This document shows, piece after piece, positions 44,638-52,843 of a stretch of 64,000 nt of DNA. The notes beneath the pieces were generated by a model. The model was not told the DNA's origin. It saw only the letters and a program-made list of their open reading frames with translations, and made no database searches. The stretch is from an uncultured Planctomycetota bacterium (lineage in GTDB: Bacteria > Planctomycetota > Brocadiia > JAADGH01 > CAYPFP01), in contig CAYPFP010000003.1 in NCBI GenBank assembly GCA_964409935.1, forward strand, positions 64,230 to 128,229. The letters run 5' to 3'. How positions within the stretch are numbered: the first letter of the stretch is position 1; each line of letters opens with the position of its first letter. The position numbers and the translations under genes are program-made.

Positions 44638-47069
44638 GCCAACAAGCGATTTCCGCCCGCCAAGCAGTCGGACGGGCCAGGCCGGTCTGGCTGAGCGGCC
44701 GCGAGCGCGAGATGAACGTGCACGCGGGCTTCGTCTGCAGATTCCCGGTCCGGCAGGCGAAAAGCCTCCGCTTCGTCCTCACCGGCTCGACGTTCTACCG
44801 CGTCTTCCTGAACGGGAAGTTTGTCCACTACGGCCCGGCGCGCGGCCCCCACGGCTACGTTCGCATTGATGTGTGCGACCTGACGCCGCACGTGTCCCCG
44901 CCAGACGGACGGGCGGGCGGCGTCGAGGGGGTTATCGCCGTTGAGGTGGCCGGTTATTATTGCAGCAGCTACTACACGATCCGAATCCCGTCGTTCCTGC
45001 AGGCCGAGGTCCTTCAGGACGGGCAGGCGATATGTGCAACGGGTCACGGCGATGCCTTCAGGGCCTTCCCGTTGAAGGGGCGGCTGCAGAAGGTCATGCG
45101 CTACTCGTTCCAGAGGCCCTTCTCCGAGGTGTACGCGCTGGACAACGCCGACCCTCAGGCCCGTTGGACCACGCATCCCGTGCCTGATGCGGAGACGCCG
45201 TCGGTCGTAAGCCCGAACGTGGACTATCTGCCGAGGGAGGTCCCGGCGCCCGCTTTCGACGTGGTCCTGCCGAAGGCCGTCCTCGAGACCGGCGCGGCGT
45301 GCAAGATCAGCCATCCGCCCGGCTTCAAACACGCCTCGCACAGGTTCATTGACGCCATTTCGGAAAACGTACATGGATATCCGCTGACCGACATCGTCCA
45401 GCGGCCTTTCGAGACGCTGCAGGATTACATATTCGCGCCCGGTTCACGCGGTCTGACCGCCGGGCCGCGCAGCGCCGCCGGAGACCTCGACCTGACGCTC
45501 CACGAGGGCGAATACGTCCTTCTGGACATGGGCCTCAACAACAACGGCTTCATCCAGTCCGTCCTCACCGCGCACGAAGACAGCGAGGCGCTTGTATTCT
45601 TCGACGAGAAGCTCATTGACGGTCGCATCCAGCCCAGAAGCTGGTCGTCCGTGAACGTCGTGAAGTACGCGCTGAAGAGAAGCGCCGAGCCTTACGTGCT
45701 GGAGTCGTTCGAGACGTACGGCTACCGTTACATCCAGTACTTTGTGACCAAAGGCAAGGTCACGCTGCGCCGCGCGGCCCTGCGGGAGTATTCGTGCCCA
45801 GAATTCCGGAACACTTCGTTCCAGTGCGAGGATGAAAGGGTCGCCGCCGTGTTTGGGGCGGCGGTGGAGACCTACCGGCAGAACACGTTGGACGTCTTCA
45901 TGGACTGCCCGACGCGCGAACGGGCGGGCTGGCTGTGCGACAGCTACTTCACCGCGCAGTCGGCGCAGTATTTCTCCGGCAACGCCGTGGTCGAGAAGGT
46001 CATGCTGGAGAACTTTGTGCGGGCGAAGGGATTCCCCGGCCTGCCCGCGGGCATGCTGCCCATGTGCTATCCGGCCGACCACCCCAACGGCGTCTTCATT
46101 CCGCAATGGGCCATGTGGTACGTCGTCGAGCTGGAGGGCTACCTCAAGCGCGCCCCCGACGTCGGGGGCACGCCCGACGCCGACAGGGAGACCTTCCGAA
46201 AGGTCTGCCTCGACCTGATCGGGTTCCTGAACCGGTACCGCAACTCGGACGGACTGCTCGAACGCCTGCCAAGCTGGAACTTCGTGGAATGGTCCGACGC
46301 CAACAAGTGGGTCCAAGACGTAAACTATCCCACCAACATGCTTTACGCCAGGGTCCTCGATCTTGTCGGCGATTGGTTCGACCCCGCCCTCAAGGACCAG
46401 GCGAAGGCGATACGGGCGAAGGTCGTCGAACAGTCGTTCAACGGCAGACACTTCGCGGACAACGCCGTTCGACGCCCGGACGGACGCCTTGTCGTCACGG
46501 GCAACGCATCGGAGATATGCCAGTACTTTGCGTTCTTCTTCGGCACGGCCGAGCCGTCCGACAGCCGCTTCGCGCCGCTGGCCGACCTGGTCCTCAACAC
46601 CTTCGGCCCGGAACGAAAGGCGAAGGGCATCATGCCCGAGATCGCATACGCCAACGCCTTCATCGGCAACTATCTGAGAATGGAAATTCTGTTGCGCTGG
46701 CGCCGGTACGACCAGATTATCCGCGAGACCCTCGGCTACTTCCACAAGATGGCCGCGCTCACCGGCACGCTCTGGGAACACGACAGCATCACCGGCAGCC
46801 TGAACCACGGCTTCGCCTCCTATGCGGGCGTCGTGATTATCAAGTGCCTGCTGGGAATACAGGAGATTGACCTTGCGGCGCGCACGGTGACGCTCGACTT
46901 CGGCGACGCCAAGATCGCCGCCGCCGGCGAGGTCGGCACGCCCTTCGGCGCCATCGCGGTGAGGCGCGAGGTCAAAGACGGGAGGGTGCGCATCGAGTAC
47001 TCGGTCCCCAAACAATTCAACTCGCGGATCAGCCTGGCGGCCGATGATATCGCGCTGGTGGAAAGGTAA
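44634..47069 (+). CDS. alpha-L-rhamnosidase (GH78 family)
   Basis: ATG 44634 with GGAGAGGA SD; six-hairpin domain motif FMDCPTRERAGWLCDSYF (GH78 DCPxRER(L/A)GW(T/L)GD); GYRYIQYF; contains one REP-B (APDVGGTPDAD). Confidence 0.65.
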   Translation: MSQQAISARQAVGRARPVWLSGREREMNVHAGFVCRFPVRQAKSLRFVLTGSTFYRVFLNGKFVHYGPARGPHGYVRIDVCDLTPHVSPPDGRAGGVEGVIAVEVAGYYCSSYYTIRIPSFLQAEVLQDGQAICATGHGDAFRAFPLKGRLQKVMRYSFQRPFSEVYALDNADPQARWTTHPVPDAETPSVVSPNVDYLPREVPAPAFDVVLPKAVLETGAACKISHPPGFKHASHRFIDAISENVHGYPLTDIVQRPFETLQDYIFAPGSRGLTAGPRSAAGDLDLTLHEGEYVLLDMGLNNNGFIQSVLTAHEDSEALVFFDEKLIDGRIQPRSWSSVNVVKYALKRSAEPYVLESFETYGYRYIQYFVTKGKVTLRRAALREYSCPEFRNTSFQCEDERVAAVFGAAVETYRQNTLDVFMDCPTRERAGWLCDSYFTAQSAQYFSGNAVVEKVMLENFVRAKGFPGLPAGMLPMCYPADHPNGVFIPQWAMWYVVELEGYLKRAPDVGGTPDADRETFRKVCLDLIGFLNRYRNSDGLLERLPSWNFVEWSDANKWVQDVNYPTNMLYARVLDLVGDWFDPALKDQAKAIRAKVVEQSFNGRHFADNAVRRPDGRLVVTGNASEICQYFAFFFGTAEPSDSRFAPLADLVLNTFGPERKAKGIMPEIAYANAFIGNYLRMEILLRWRRYDQIIRETLGYFHKMAALTGTLWEHDSITGSLNHGFASYAGVVIIKCLLGIQEIDLAARTVTLDFGDAKIAAAGEVGTPFGAIAVRREVKDGRVRIEYSVPKQFNSRISLAADDIALVER
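46150..46184. repeat. REP-B, 1 copy + half-site, in GH78 gene
   Basis: GCGCCCCCGACGTCGGGGGC. Confidence 0.85.
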
Positions 47070-47072
47070 CGG

Positions 47073-48029
47073 ATGTCGGTTGTTTCGTTGTGCGGAGTGA
47101 TTCTAATCTGCGCCATCTGGGGCGCGGGTTTTTCGTTCATGAAGGTCGGGCTGCGCTACCTGCCCCCCTTCCTGTACGTCGGCATACGGTTCCTCGTGAC
47201 GGCGGCGTGCGTGTGGCTTTACATGCGCCTGCTGCTCATCCCGTGGCGGGTGCCCAGGCGGGCCATCCTGCCCATGGCGATTCTGGTGGCCCTCTTCTTC
47301 ATACAGCAGGGCGCCATCTTTATCGGGCTGCTCTACACGACGGCGGGACGGATGGGCGTCATCCTCAACACCCAGCCCATCATCACGGCTATCCTGGCCC
47401 ATCGGTTCGTCGAGCACGACAGGCTCACGTGGGGAAAGACCGCGGGCCTGATCATGGCCATATCCGGCGTGTTCTTCGTCTTTCGCGAGTCCTTCTGCCA
47501 CTTCGACAACCGTATGCTCGTTGGCGACCTGCTGGCCCTGCTGGCCGCCTCCGGATGGGGGATACAGAACATCGTGACCAAGCACACGGTCCGGCACGTC
47601 CCGCCGCCGGCAATCACGGCGTGGCAGGCGGCAGTCTCCTGGGTCTTCTTCATTGCGGCCGGCGCGTTCCTCGATCCCGGTCCGATCCCGAAACAACCGC
47701 TCGACTTCGCCTTCTTCGGCGCCACCGCCTACACGATTTTCATCGCCACGGTCTTCGGGTTCGTCGGATGGGTGTACCTGTTCGAACACAACAACCCGAG
47801 CCGGATAACGTCTTTCTGTTTCGTCACGCCCATCGCGAGCGTCTTCTTCGGCTGGCTGATCCTCGGCGAGCCGATCAGCCGCGACATCATCGCGGCCACG
47901 GCCCTGGTGGGCGTCGGCATTTTTGCGGCCAATTTCCAGTTCCAGCCGCGTCCGCCAAGCCGTCCGGCGGACGCGCCGCGTCCGCGCCCGTCCGCCCCTG
48001 CGGAACGGACCGGCGCGCCCGCGTCATAG
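47073..48029 (+). CDS. DMT-superfamily (EamA-like) transporter
   Basis: 10 predicted TM helices, duplicated EamA halves; 3 nt after GH78 stop. Confidence 0.6.
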   Translation: MSVVSLCGVILICAIWGAGFSFMKVGLRYLPPFLYVGIRFLVTAACVWLYMRLLLIPWRVPRRAILPMAILVALFFIQQGAIFIGLLYTTAGRMGVILNTQPIITAILAHRFVEHDRLTWGKTAGLIMAISGVFFVFRESFCHFDNRMLVGDLLALLAASGWGIQNIVTKHTVRHVPPPAITAWQAAVSWVFFIAAGAFLDPGPIPKQPLDFAFFGATAYTIFIATVFGFVGWVYLFEHNNPSRITSFCFVTPIASVFFGWLILGEPISRDIIAATALVGVGIFAANFQFQPRPPSRPADAPRPRPSAPAERTGAPAS

Positions 48030-48059
48030 CGGCGACTGTTTTGCGAAGCGAGGTTTGAG

Positions 48060-48722
48060 GTGGAAAAACGACTGTACGGCGCGATCTTCGACATGGACGG
48101 CGTCCTCGTGGATTCCAGCGAAGCGCATTACGTGGCGTGGCACATGCTCGGCGAGGAGGTCGGCGTGCCCTTCGAGAGGAAGCTGTTCGACCATACGTTC
48201 GGCATGACCAATTTTCACATCATCCCCATGTGGCTCGGAGCGCGCGCCAAACAGGCCGACGTGGCCGCGCTCTCAGCCCACAAGGAGGACCTGTACCGCA
48301 AGGCGGCGCGCTCGGTCCTCAAGCCGCTGGACGGCGCGCCCGAACTGCTGAAGTCGCTTTCGGCGGCAGGTTTTCGCATGGCCGTCGGTTCGTCCGGTCC
48401 CCGCGCCAATGTGGACATGGTGCTGGAGATCCTCGGCGCAAGACACCATTTCAAGGCCATATCGTCGCTAGAGGACGTGACCGAGGGCAAACCCGACCCG
48501 CAGGTGTTCCTGGTGGCGGCGCGCCGACTGGGCCTGCCGCCCTCGCGTTGCGTCGTAGTGGAAGACGCGCCTCAAGGCGTACAGGCGGGCCTTGCAGCCG
48601 GGGCCAAGGTGCTGGCCGTCACCAGCACGCGCCAGGCCGACGCCCTGGCCGGCGCACACCTGATCGTCCGCTCCCTGCGCGAAGCCGACGCTTCCATACT
48701 CCAGGCGCTGGTGGACGGCTGA
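48060..48722 (+). CDS. HAD-superfamily hydrolase (beta-phosphoglucomutase-like)
   Basis: GTG start with GAGG SD; motif I FDMDGVLVDS, motif III K, motif IV VVEDAPQGVQAG. Confidence 0.65.
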   Translation: MEKRLYGAIFDMDGVLVDSSEAHYVAWHMLGEEVGVPFERKLFDHTFGMTNFHIIPMWLGARAKQADVAALSAHKEDLYRKAARSVLKPLDGAPELLKSLSAAGFRMAVGSSGPRANVDMVLEILGARHHFKAISSLEDVTEGKPDPQVFLVAARRLGLPPSRCVVVEDAPQGVQAGLAAGAKVLAVTSTRQADALAGAHLIVRSLREADASILQALVDG

Positions 48723-48734
48723 CGACGCGGCGCG

Positions 48735-48761
48735 TCCGCCCGACGGCTTGGCGGACGCGGC
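48735..48761. repeat. 27-nt exact repeat (copy 2), intergenic between convergent HAD and apbE genes
   Basis: Identical to 44274..44300. Confidence 0.85.
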
Positions 48762-48783
48762 CCCAGGACCGGGGCGCGGGGCT

Positions 48784-49701
48784 TCAGGTCATCCATGCGC
48801 CGAAGCGCTTGCTCTCGTACCCGCCAGGCCCCCGCCCCAGGAGCATCGCGCCCACATCGGGATGTCGTCTGCAGTACTCCTCCACTTCGGCCGCCGACAT
48901 CACCATGAAGGCCGTCGAGACAGCGTCGGATTCCGCGCCGGCGCGGGCCTTGGCCCAGGCGCCCAGACGCTGCGCCCCTGTCGAGACAGGGGCGACCTCG
49001 ACCGGGCGCCCTGTTCGCGGGTCAATGATATGCTTTCCGTGGAGCAGCAGCCCCGACCCGCTGAGGGCGCAGTCGCGCAGGCGCACGCCGCCGAGCGACT
49101 CGGCCTGCCGTTCGGGGTCGCGGATGGCGACCGGCCAGGAACCGATCGCCAGGGCCGTGCTCTGGCCGGAGTTCAGCAGCGCGTCCTCGATGCTCCAGTC
49201 GCGCAGCACAGCGGCCATCTGGTCGAGGGCGTACCCCTTGCCCACCGCGCCGAGGTCCACCTTCACGCCGTCGGCAAGGACGCCGACTGTGTGCTCCTTC
49301 GCGTCCGTGCGCAGCAGGCGCATGCCGGTGCGCGCCCTGGCCGCCGCAAGCTCTTCCTCCGAAGGAGCGCCCTGCGCCGCCTGCCAACACTCCAGCAATG
49401 CCCCGATGGCGACGTCGAAAGCGCCGTTGGTCTCGGCGTGGACCCTCATGGCCAACTGGATGCACTCGAACGCGGCGATGCCGACGCGGACCGATTCGCC
49501 CGCGCGCAGGCTGTTGATCTGCGCCACATCGCTGTACGCGACGAAGCGGCTGAGTTCCTTCTCCAGGCGCGCGAGTTCCCCGAAGGCCGCGCGCGCCGCC
49601 TGTTGCGCGTAATTCTCATCCGCGCCTCGAATCACGATCTCGAAGGCGGCGTTCATGGCCTCGCGCGAGAATCGGTGGAGCGGCGCTTCGTAAAGGGTCA
49701 T
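48784..49701 (-). CDS. apbE: FAD:protein FMN transferase (ApbE family)
   Basis: ORF trimmed to ATG 49699-49701, which overlaps the upstream GT39 stop (ATGA); motifs AMNAAFEIVI, DLGAVGKGYALD typical of ApbE. Confidence 0.65.
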   Translation of the reverse strand: MTLYEAPLHRFSREAMNAAFEIVIRGADENYAQQAARAAFGELARLEKELSRFVAYSDVAQINSLRAGESVRVGIAAFECIQLAMRVHAETNGAFDVAIGALLECWQAAQGAPSEEELAAARARTGMRLLRTDAKEHTVGVLADGVKVDLGAVGKGYALDQMAAVLRDWSIEDALLNSGQSTALAIGSWPVAIRDPERQAESLGGVRLRDCALSGSGLLLHGKHIIDPRTGRPVEVAPVSTGAQRLGAWAKARAGAESDAVSTAFMVMSAAEVEEYCRRHPDVGAMLLGRGPGGYESKRFGAWMT

Positions 49702-51431
49702 GGCGATTTGGCGGGCGAACGCCCGACGTCGGGGGCGCGCCCCTTCATGAAGGCGTCCCAAGCGTCGTTCCTGACGTAAAGCCAGAGGTGGACGTGGGGG
49801 CGCAGGCCGTAACAGCTCGTGCGATACGCGTCATGCAGTCTTGATTCCACTTCGGGCTGGATTCGGGCGGAGACGATGACTACGGCGGCGTCCTTCCCCA
49901 GGTCGTCGGGAACCTTGTTCCAGTAGCCGACCCGCGAGAACTCGCGCAGATACCACGGCAACGGCCAGTAGTCGTCGTCGTGAGCGATGACCTTGATGAG
50001 AATGTTGCGGCCTTCCGGCAAGGCCCGGGCAATCTCCTCGACCCGCGCCACAAGGTGAAGGACGTCTGTGACGGGGTGGGCGTACACGTACGGGTTGCGG
50101 TTGTCGGCATAGTAGATGAAGTTGGCGCGACAGGTCTGCTGGGCAAGATTGTAGAGACAGGCGACCAGGAAGAGTCCGGCGCAGACCTGCGTCGGCCGGT
50201 TGGGCATGGCCTTCAGAATCGCCGCCGCGCCGACGCCGGCCAGCAAGATCATCCCGTGCAGGAAACCCAACATGCACCAGGGGGTCTTGTAGGGGATGAG
50301 CGAGTAGGCCAGCGTCATGAGAAGGGTGTAGACGGCGATGAACCGCAGGAGGGGCGCATGGCCCTCCAAGCCGCTGCTTTTCGCGAAGATCACGACCAGG
50401 CCGGCAACCGCCAGCGCCAGGATGAGCGCCTCGCTCCACCACGGGCCGGGCGCGTATTTTACGTAAAAGAGCAACTTGAGATAGAAATACCACGGGTGGA
50501 GGTGCACTGTGTTTGAGCCGGCCTTGTCGAGATAGCCCGCATAGGCGCGAACGGAGTCCAGCACCCCGGCGGGATTCGTGAAAAAGGAGGAATACAGAAC
50601 GAACGACACCGCACAGGCCGCCGCCAAACCCGCGAGCAGGCCGACCCTGCCGGTCGGCGGGAGCGCGCCTCTCCAGGAAAAAGCGGCGCCCGCATTCCGC
50701 CGCTCTATCCGGCCCGACAACCACGTGACGGCCAAGGCCCCCAGCATGGCGGCGTAGGCGATGATGCACGTCTCCTTGGTGGCGTGCATGAGGCCGAGGG
50801 CTGCGCCGGCCACGACCGCCCACACGACGCGGCGGCTCCTGCCCCCGGGGCAGGCCTGAACGTAGCGCCAACCTGCCGCGATGGCGGCGAAGGTGAAGAA
50901 GACGAGGAGCATCTCCTGGATATAGAAGCGGCTGTAGAAGACCATCGCGGGAGAGAAGGCAGTCAGAAGGGCCGCGCAGACGGCCGCGCCGCGACCGAGG
51001 CCGTCGGCCATAAGCAACATCAACAGCACCACTCCGATGCCAAAGATAACAGGGACGATTCGAAAGGCCCGCTTATCGCACTCGAGCGGGTCGCCGTCGG
51101 ATGCCATCCGCACCGACAGCAACGAAAGGTAATAGAGGCTCGGACCGTGATACTCGACGGGGTCGTAGCGATAGACGCCGGTCTGAGCGAGGTCAAGGGT
51201 CTTGAAGGCCTGGACGGCCTCGTCGCCGTGCAAAGGGCGTTCGCCCAGGCGCGGCAAGCGCAGGGCCGCCGCGGCGGCAACCGCCGTCAGGATGAGAACG
51301 GCAAAAAGGAGTCGCCGAGCCAGGCTTTCCGGCGCGGGGGCCGCGGGGCGATACGACGCACCGAGATTATTCCCGTTGTGCGCGACAGGACCGTCGGAAA
51401 GACCGGGCGCGGTTGTGTGCTGGGCGCTCAA
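49698..51431 (-). CDS. GT39/ArnT-like (PMT-type, GT-C fold) glycosyltransferase; start uncertain; C-terminus carries REP-B (GRAPDVGRSP)
   Basis: ORF 49698..51668 has low-complexity N-terminus; protein must begin before TM1 RRLLFAVLILTAV and loop motif LHGDEAV; only in-frame candidate is TTG at 51429-51431; 12 TM helices. Confidence 0.5.
   Translation of the reverse strand: MSAQHTTAPGLSDGPVAHNGNNLGASYRPAAPAPESLARRLLFAVLILTAVAAAAALRLPRLGERPLHGDEAVQAFKTLDLAQTGVYRYDPVEYHGPSLYYLSLLSVRMASDGDPLECDKRAFRIVPVIFGIGVVLLMLLMADGLGRGAAVCAALLTAFSPAMVFYSRFYIQEMLLVFFTFAAIAAGWRYVQACPGGRSRRVVWAVVAGAALGLMHATKETCIIAYAAMLGALAVTWLSGRIERRNAGAAFSWRGALPPTGRVGLLAGLAAACAVSFVLYSSFFTNPAGVLDSVRAYAGYLDKAGSNTVHLHPWYFYLKLLFYVKYAPGPWWSEALILALAVAGLVVIFAKSSGLEGHAPLLRFIAVYTLLMTLAYSLIPYKTPWCMLGFLHGMILLAGVGAAAILKAMPNRPTQVCAGLFLVACLYNLAQQTCRANFIYYADNRNPYVYAHPVTDVLHLVARVEEIARALPEGRNILIKVIAHDDDYWPLPWYLREFSRVGYWNKVPDDLGKDAAVVIVSARIQPEVESRLHDAYRTSCYGLRPHVHLWLYVRNDAWDAFMKGRAPDVGRSPAKSP
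49719..49742. repeat. REP-B, 1 copy at GT39 3' end / 18 nt upstream of apbE start
   Basis: ACGCCCGACGTCGGGGGCGCGC. Confidence 0.85.
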
Positions 51432-51459
51432 TATCGCACAGATCTCAGTTAATGCCGGA

Positions 51460-52137
51460 TTATCTGGCAGGTTTGCCGTAGACTTCAAGCTCGATGTAAT
51501 GGTTCTGGTCGTTGCCGGTGTTGCCCTTGCTGTAGAAGCGAACGTAGCGGGTCTTGACGCCCTTGCAGTCAACCAGCTTGCCTTCGAAGGTCTCGAAGTA
51601 CTCGGGGTCCTTGCCGATGCCGAGGCCGGCGGAATTGTCCTGGTCGTTGTTGAAGAGGGTCTGGACATTGGTGATGAAGTCGGCGTCGTCGGCCGCCTGC
51701 ACGACCACGTCGTGGTAAACGCGCGGGTCCTGGTGGTAGTGCCAGATGACTACGGCGTAAATGCTGCACGGTTCCTGCAGGTCCACCTGCACGTACTGAA
51801 CGCCTTGCTTGAGTTCGACGAAGCTGCCGTCGGTGGCCTCCTTGTCGCCATCCACGATCATCTCGAGATCGCCGATGGTCGGCTGGGAGTCGCTGCTGGT
51901 GACGGGCTTTTTGGCGGCGACGTTGGTCGTGCCTTCCGGGGCCAGGAAGGGCGGACGGACCTTGCCCGAGGGTTTCTCGACCGTCGTGCCCGCCGGGACG
52001 TTCTTGGGCGTGCCGATGAAGACGGGGCGGGGGAGCTTGATCTCGATCGGCACGAGTTTTTCCTCGGCCTGCGCCCGCAGCCCTGCCGCCAGAACAATGG
52101 CGGAAACCAACGCGATGCCGGCTTTGCTCGTTCTCAT
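51460..52137 (-). CDS. secreted discoidin (F5/8 type C)-like domain protein
   Basis: Signal peptide MRTSKAGIALVSAIVLAAGLRAQA; GAAGGAGG SD; galactose-binding-like jellyroll segments; 225 aa. Confidence 0.5.
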   Translation of the reverse strand: MRTSKAGIALVSAIVLAAGLRAQAEEKLVPIEIKLPRPVFIGTPKNVPAGTTVEKPSGKVRPPFLAPEGTTNVAAKKPVTSSDSQPTIGDLEMIVDGDKEATDGSFVELKQGVQYVQVDLQEPCSIYAVVIWHYHQDPRVYHDVVVQAADDADFITNVQTLFNNDQDNSAGLGIGKDPEYFETFEGKLVDCKGVKTRYVRFYSKGNTGNDQNHYIELEVYGKPAR

Positions 52138-52140
52138 TGC

Positions 52141-52827
52141 CTAGTTACCTCCTTCAGTGTCCTTCCACCAGTCCGGATGATGGTGTCTTGCCCAATGGGA
52201 ACAGACGCGACCCGTAATCATGGCGCCCAACGTGCCCGGGTTGGCCAGGGCGCCCAGGTAGAGATGCCCTATCACGGCCAGGGCCAGCGCCAGCGCGCAG
52301 TAGCGATGGATGTCGAGCAGGGCCTGCTGCCCCGCCGCGTCGAAGAGCGGGACCATCCGCCCCGCGCCGGACAACCCCAGACCGACGGCCAGAAGGCCGA
52401 TGAGCCAGAAATATATCTTCTGTCCGGCGTTGAAGCGGCCCGCCGGCAAGTCGTCCTTTTTCCAGAGATAGCCGCCGAAATGCCTGAGCCACTCCAGGTC
52501 GCGGCGCTCGAAATGCCCGTCGGCGGACCAGATGAGTCCGATGATGGCGATCGTCGCGGCGAAGACGGGCGCCGCCGCGAAATGCGCCAGCCACAGCCAC
52601 CCGCGAAGGGGACCGCCGCAGACGAGGACCGCCCAAAACCCCGTGACCGCCAGCGTGAAGAGGCTGAGGATGGCCAGCAGGTGGACGCAACGCTCCCCCA
52701 GGCTGAAGCGGTGGATGTGGGGCGGCTCCGAGTGGCGCACGATGTGTCTCGACCGCAGCGCCACGTGGTACGCAATCAGACCGGCCGCCGTGCCCAGAAA
52801 GCCGGCCATGGCAATCCATCGGAACAT
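52141..52827 (-). CDS. b-type cytochrome membrane subunit (cytochrome b561 / formate-dehydrogenase-gamma-like, 4 TM, conserved His)
   Basis: ORF trimmed to ATG 52825-52827 with GGGAGG SD; His in TM helices (AYHVALRSRH, HLLAI, LAHF, IGHLY); 16 nt after multihaem gene. Confidence 0.55.
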   Translation of the reverse strand: MFRWIAMAGFLGTAAGLIAYHVALRSRHIVRHSEPPHIHRFSLGERCVHLLAILSLFTLAVTGFWAVLVCGGPLRGWLWLAHFAAAPVFAATIAIIGLIWSADGHFERRDLEWLRHFGGYLWKKDDLPAGRFNAGQKIYFWLIGLLAVGLGLSGAGRMVPLFDAAGQQALLDIHRYCALALALAVIGHLYLGALANPGTLGAMITGRVCSHWARHHHPDWWKDTEGGN

Positions 52828-52843
52828 CAGGCCTCCCAGCCTC

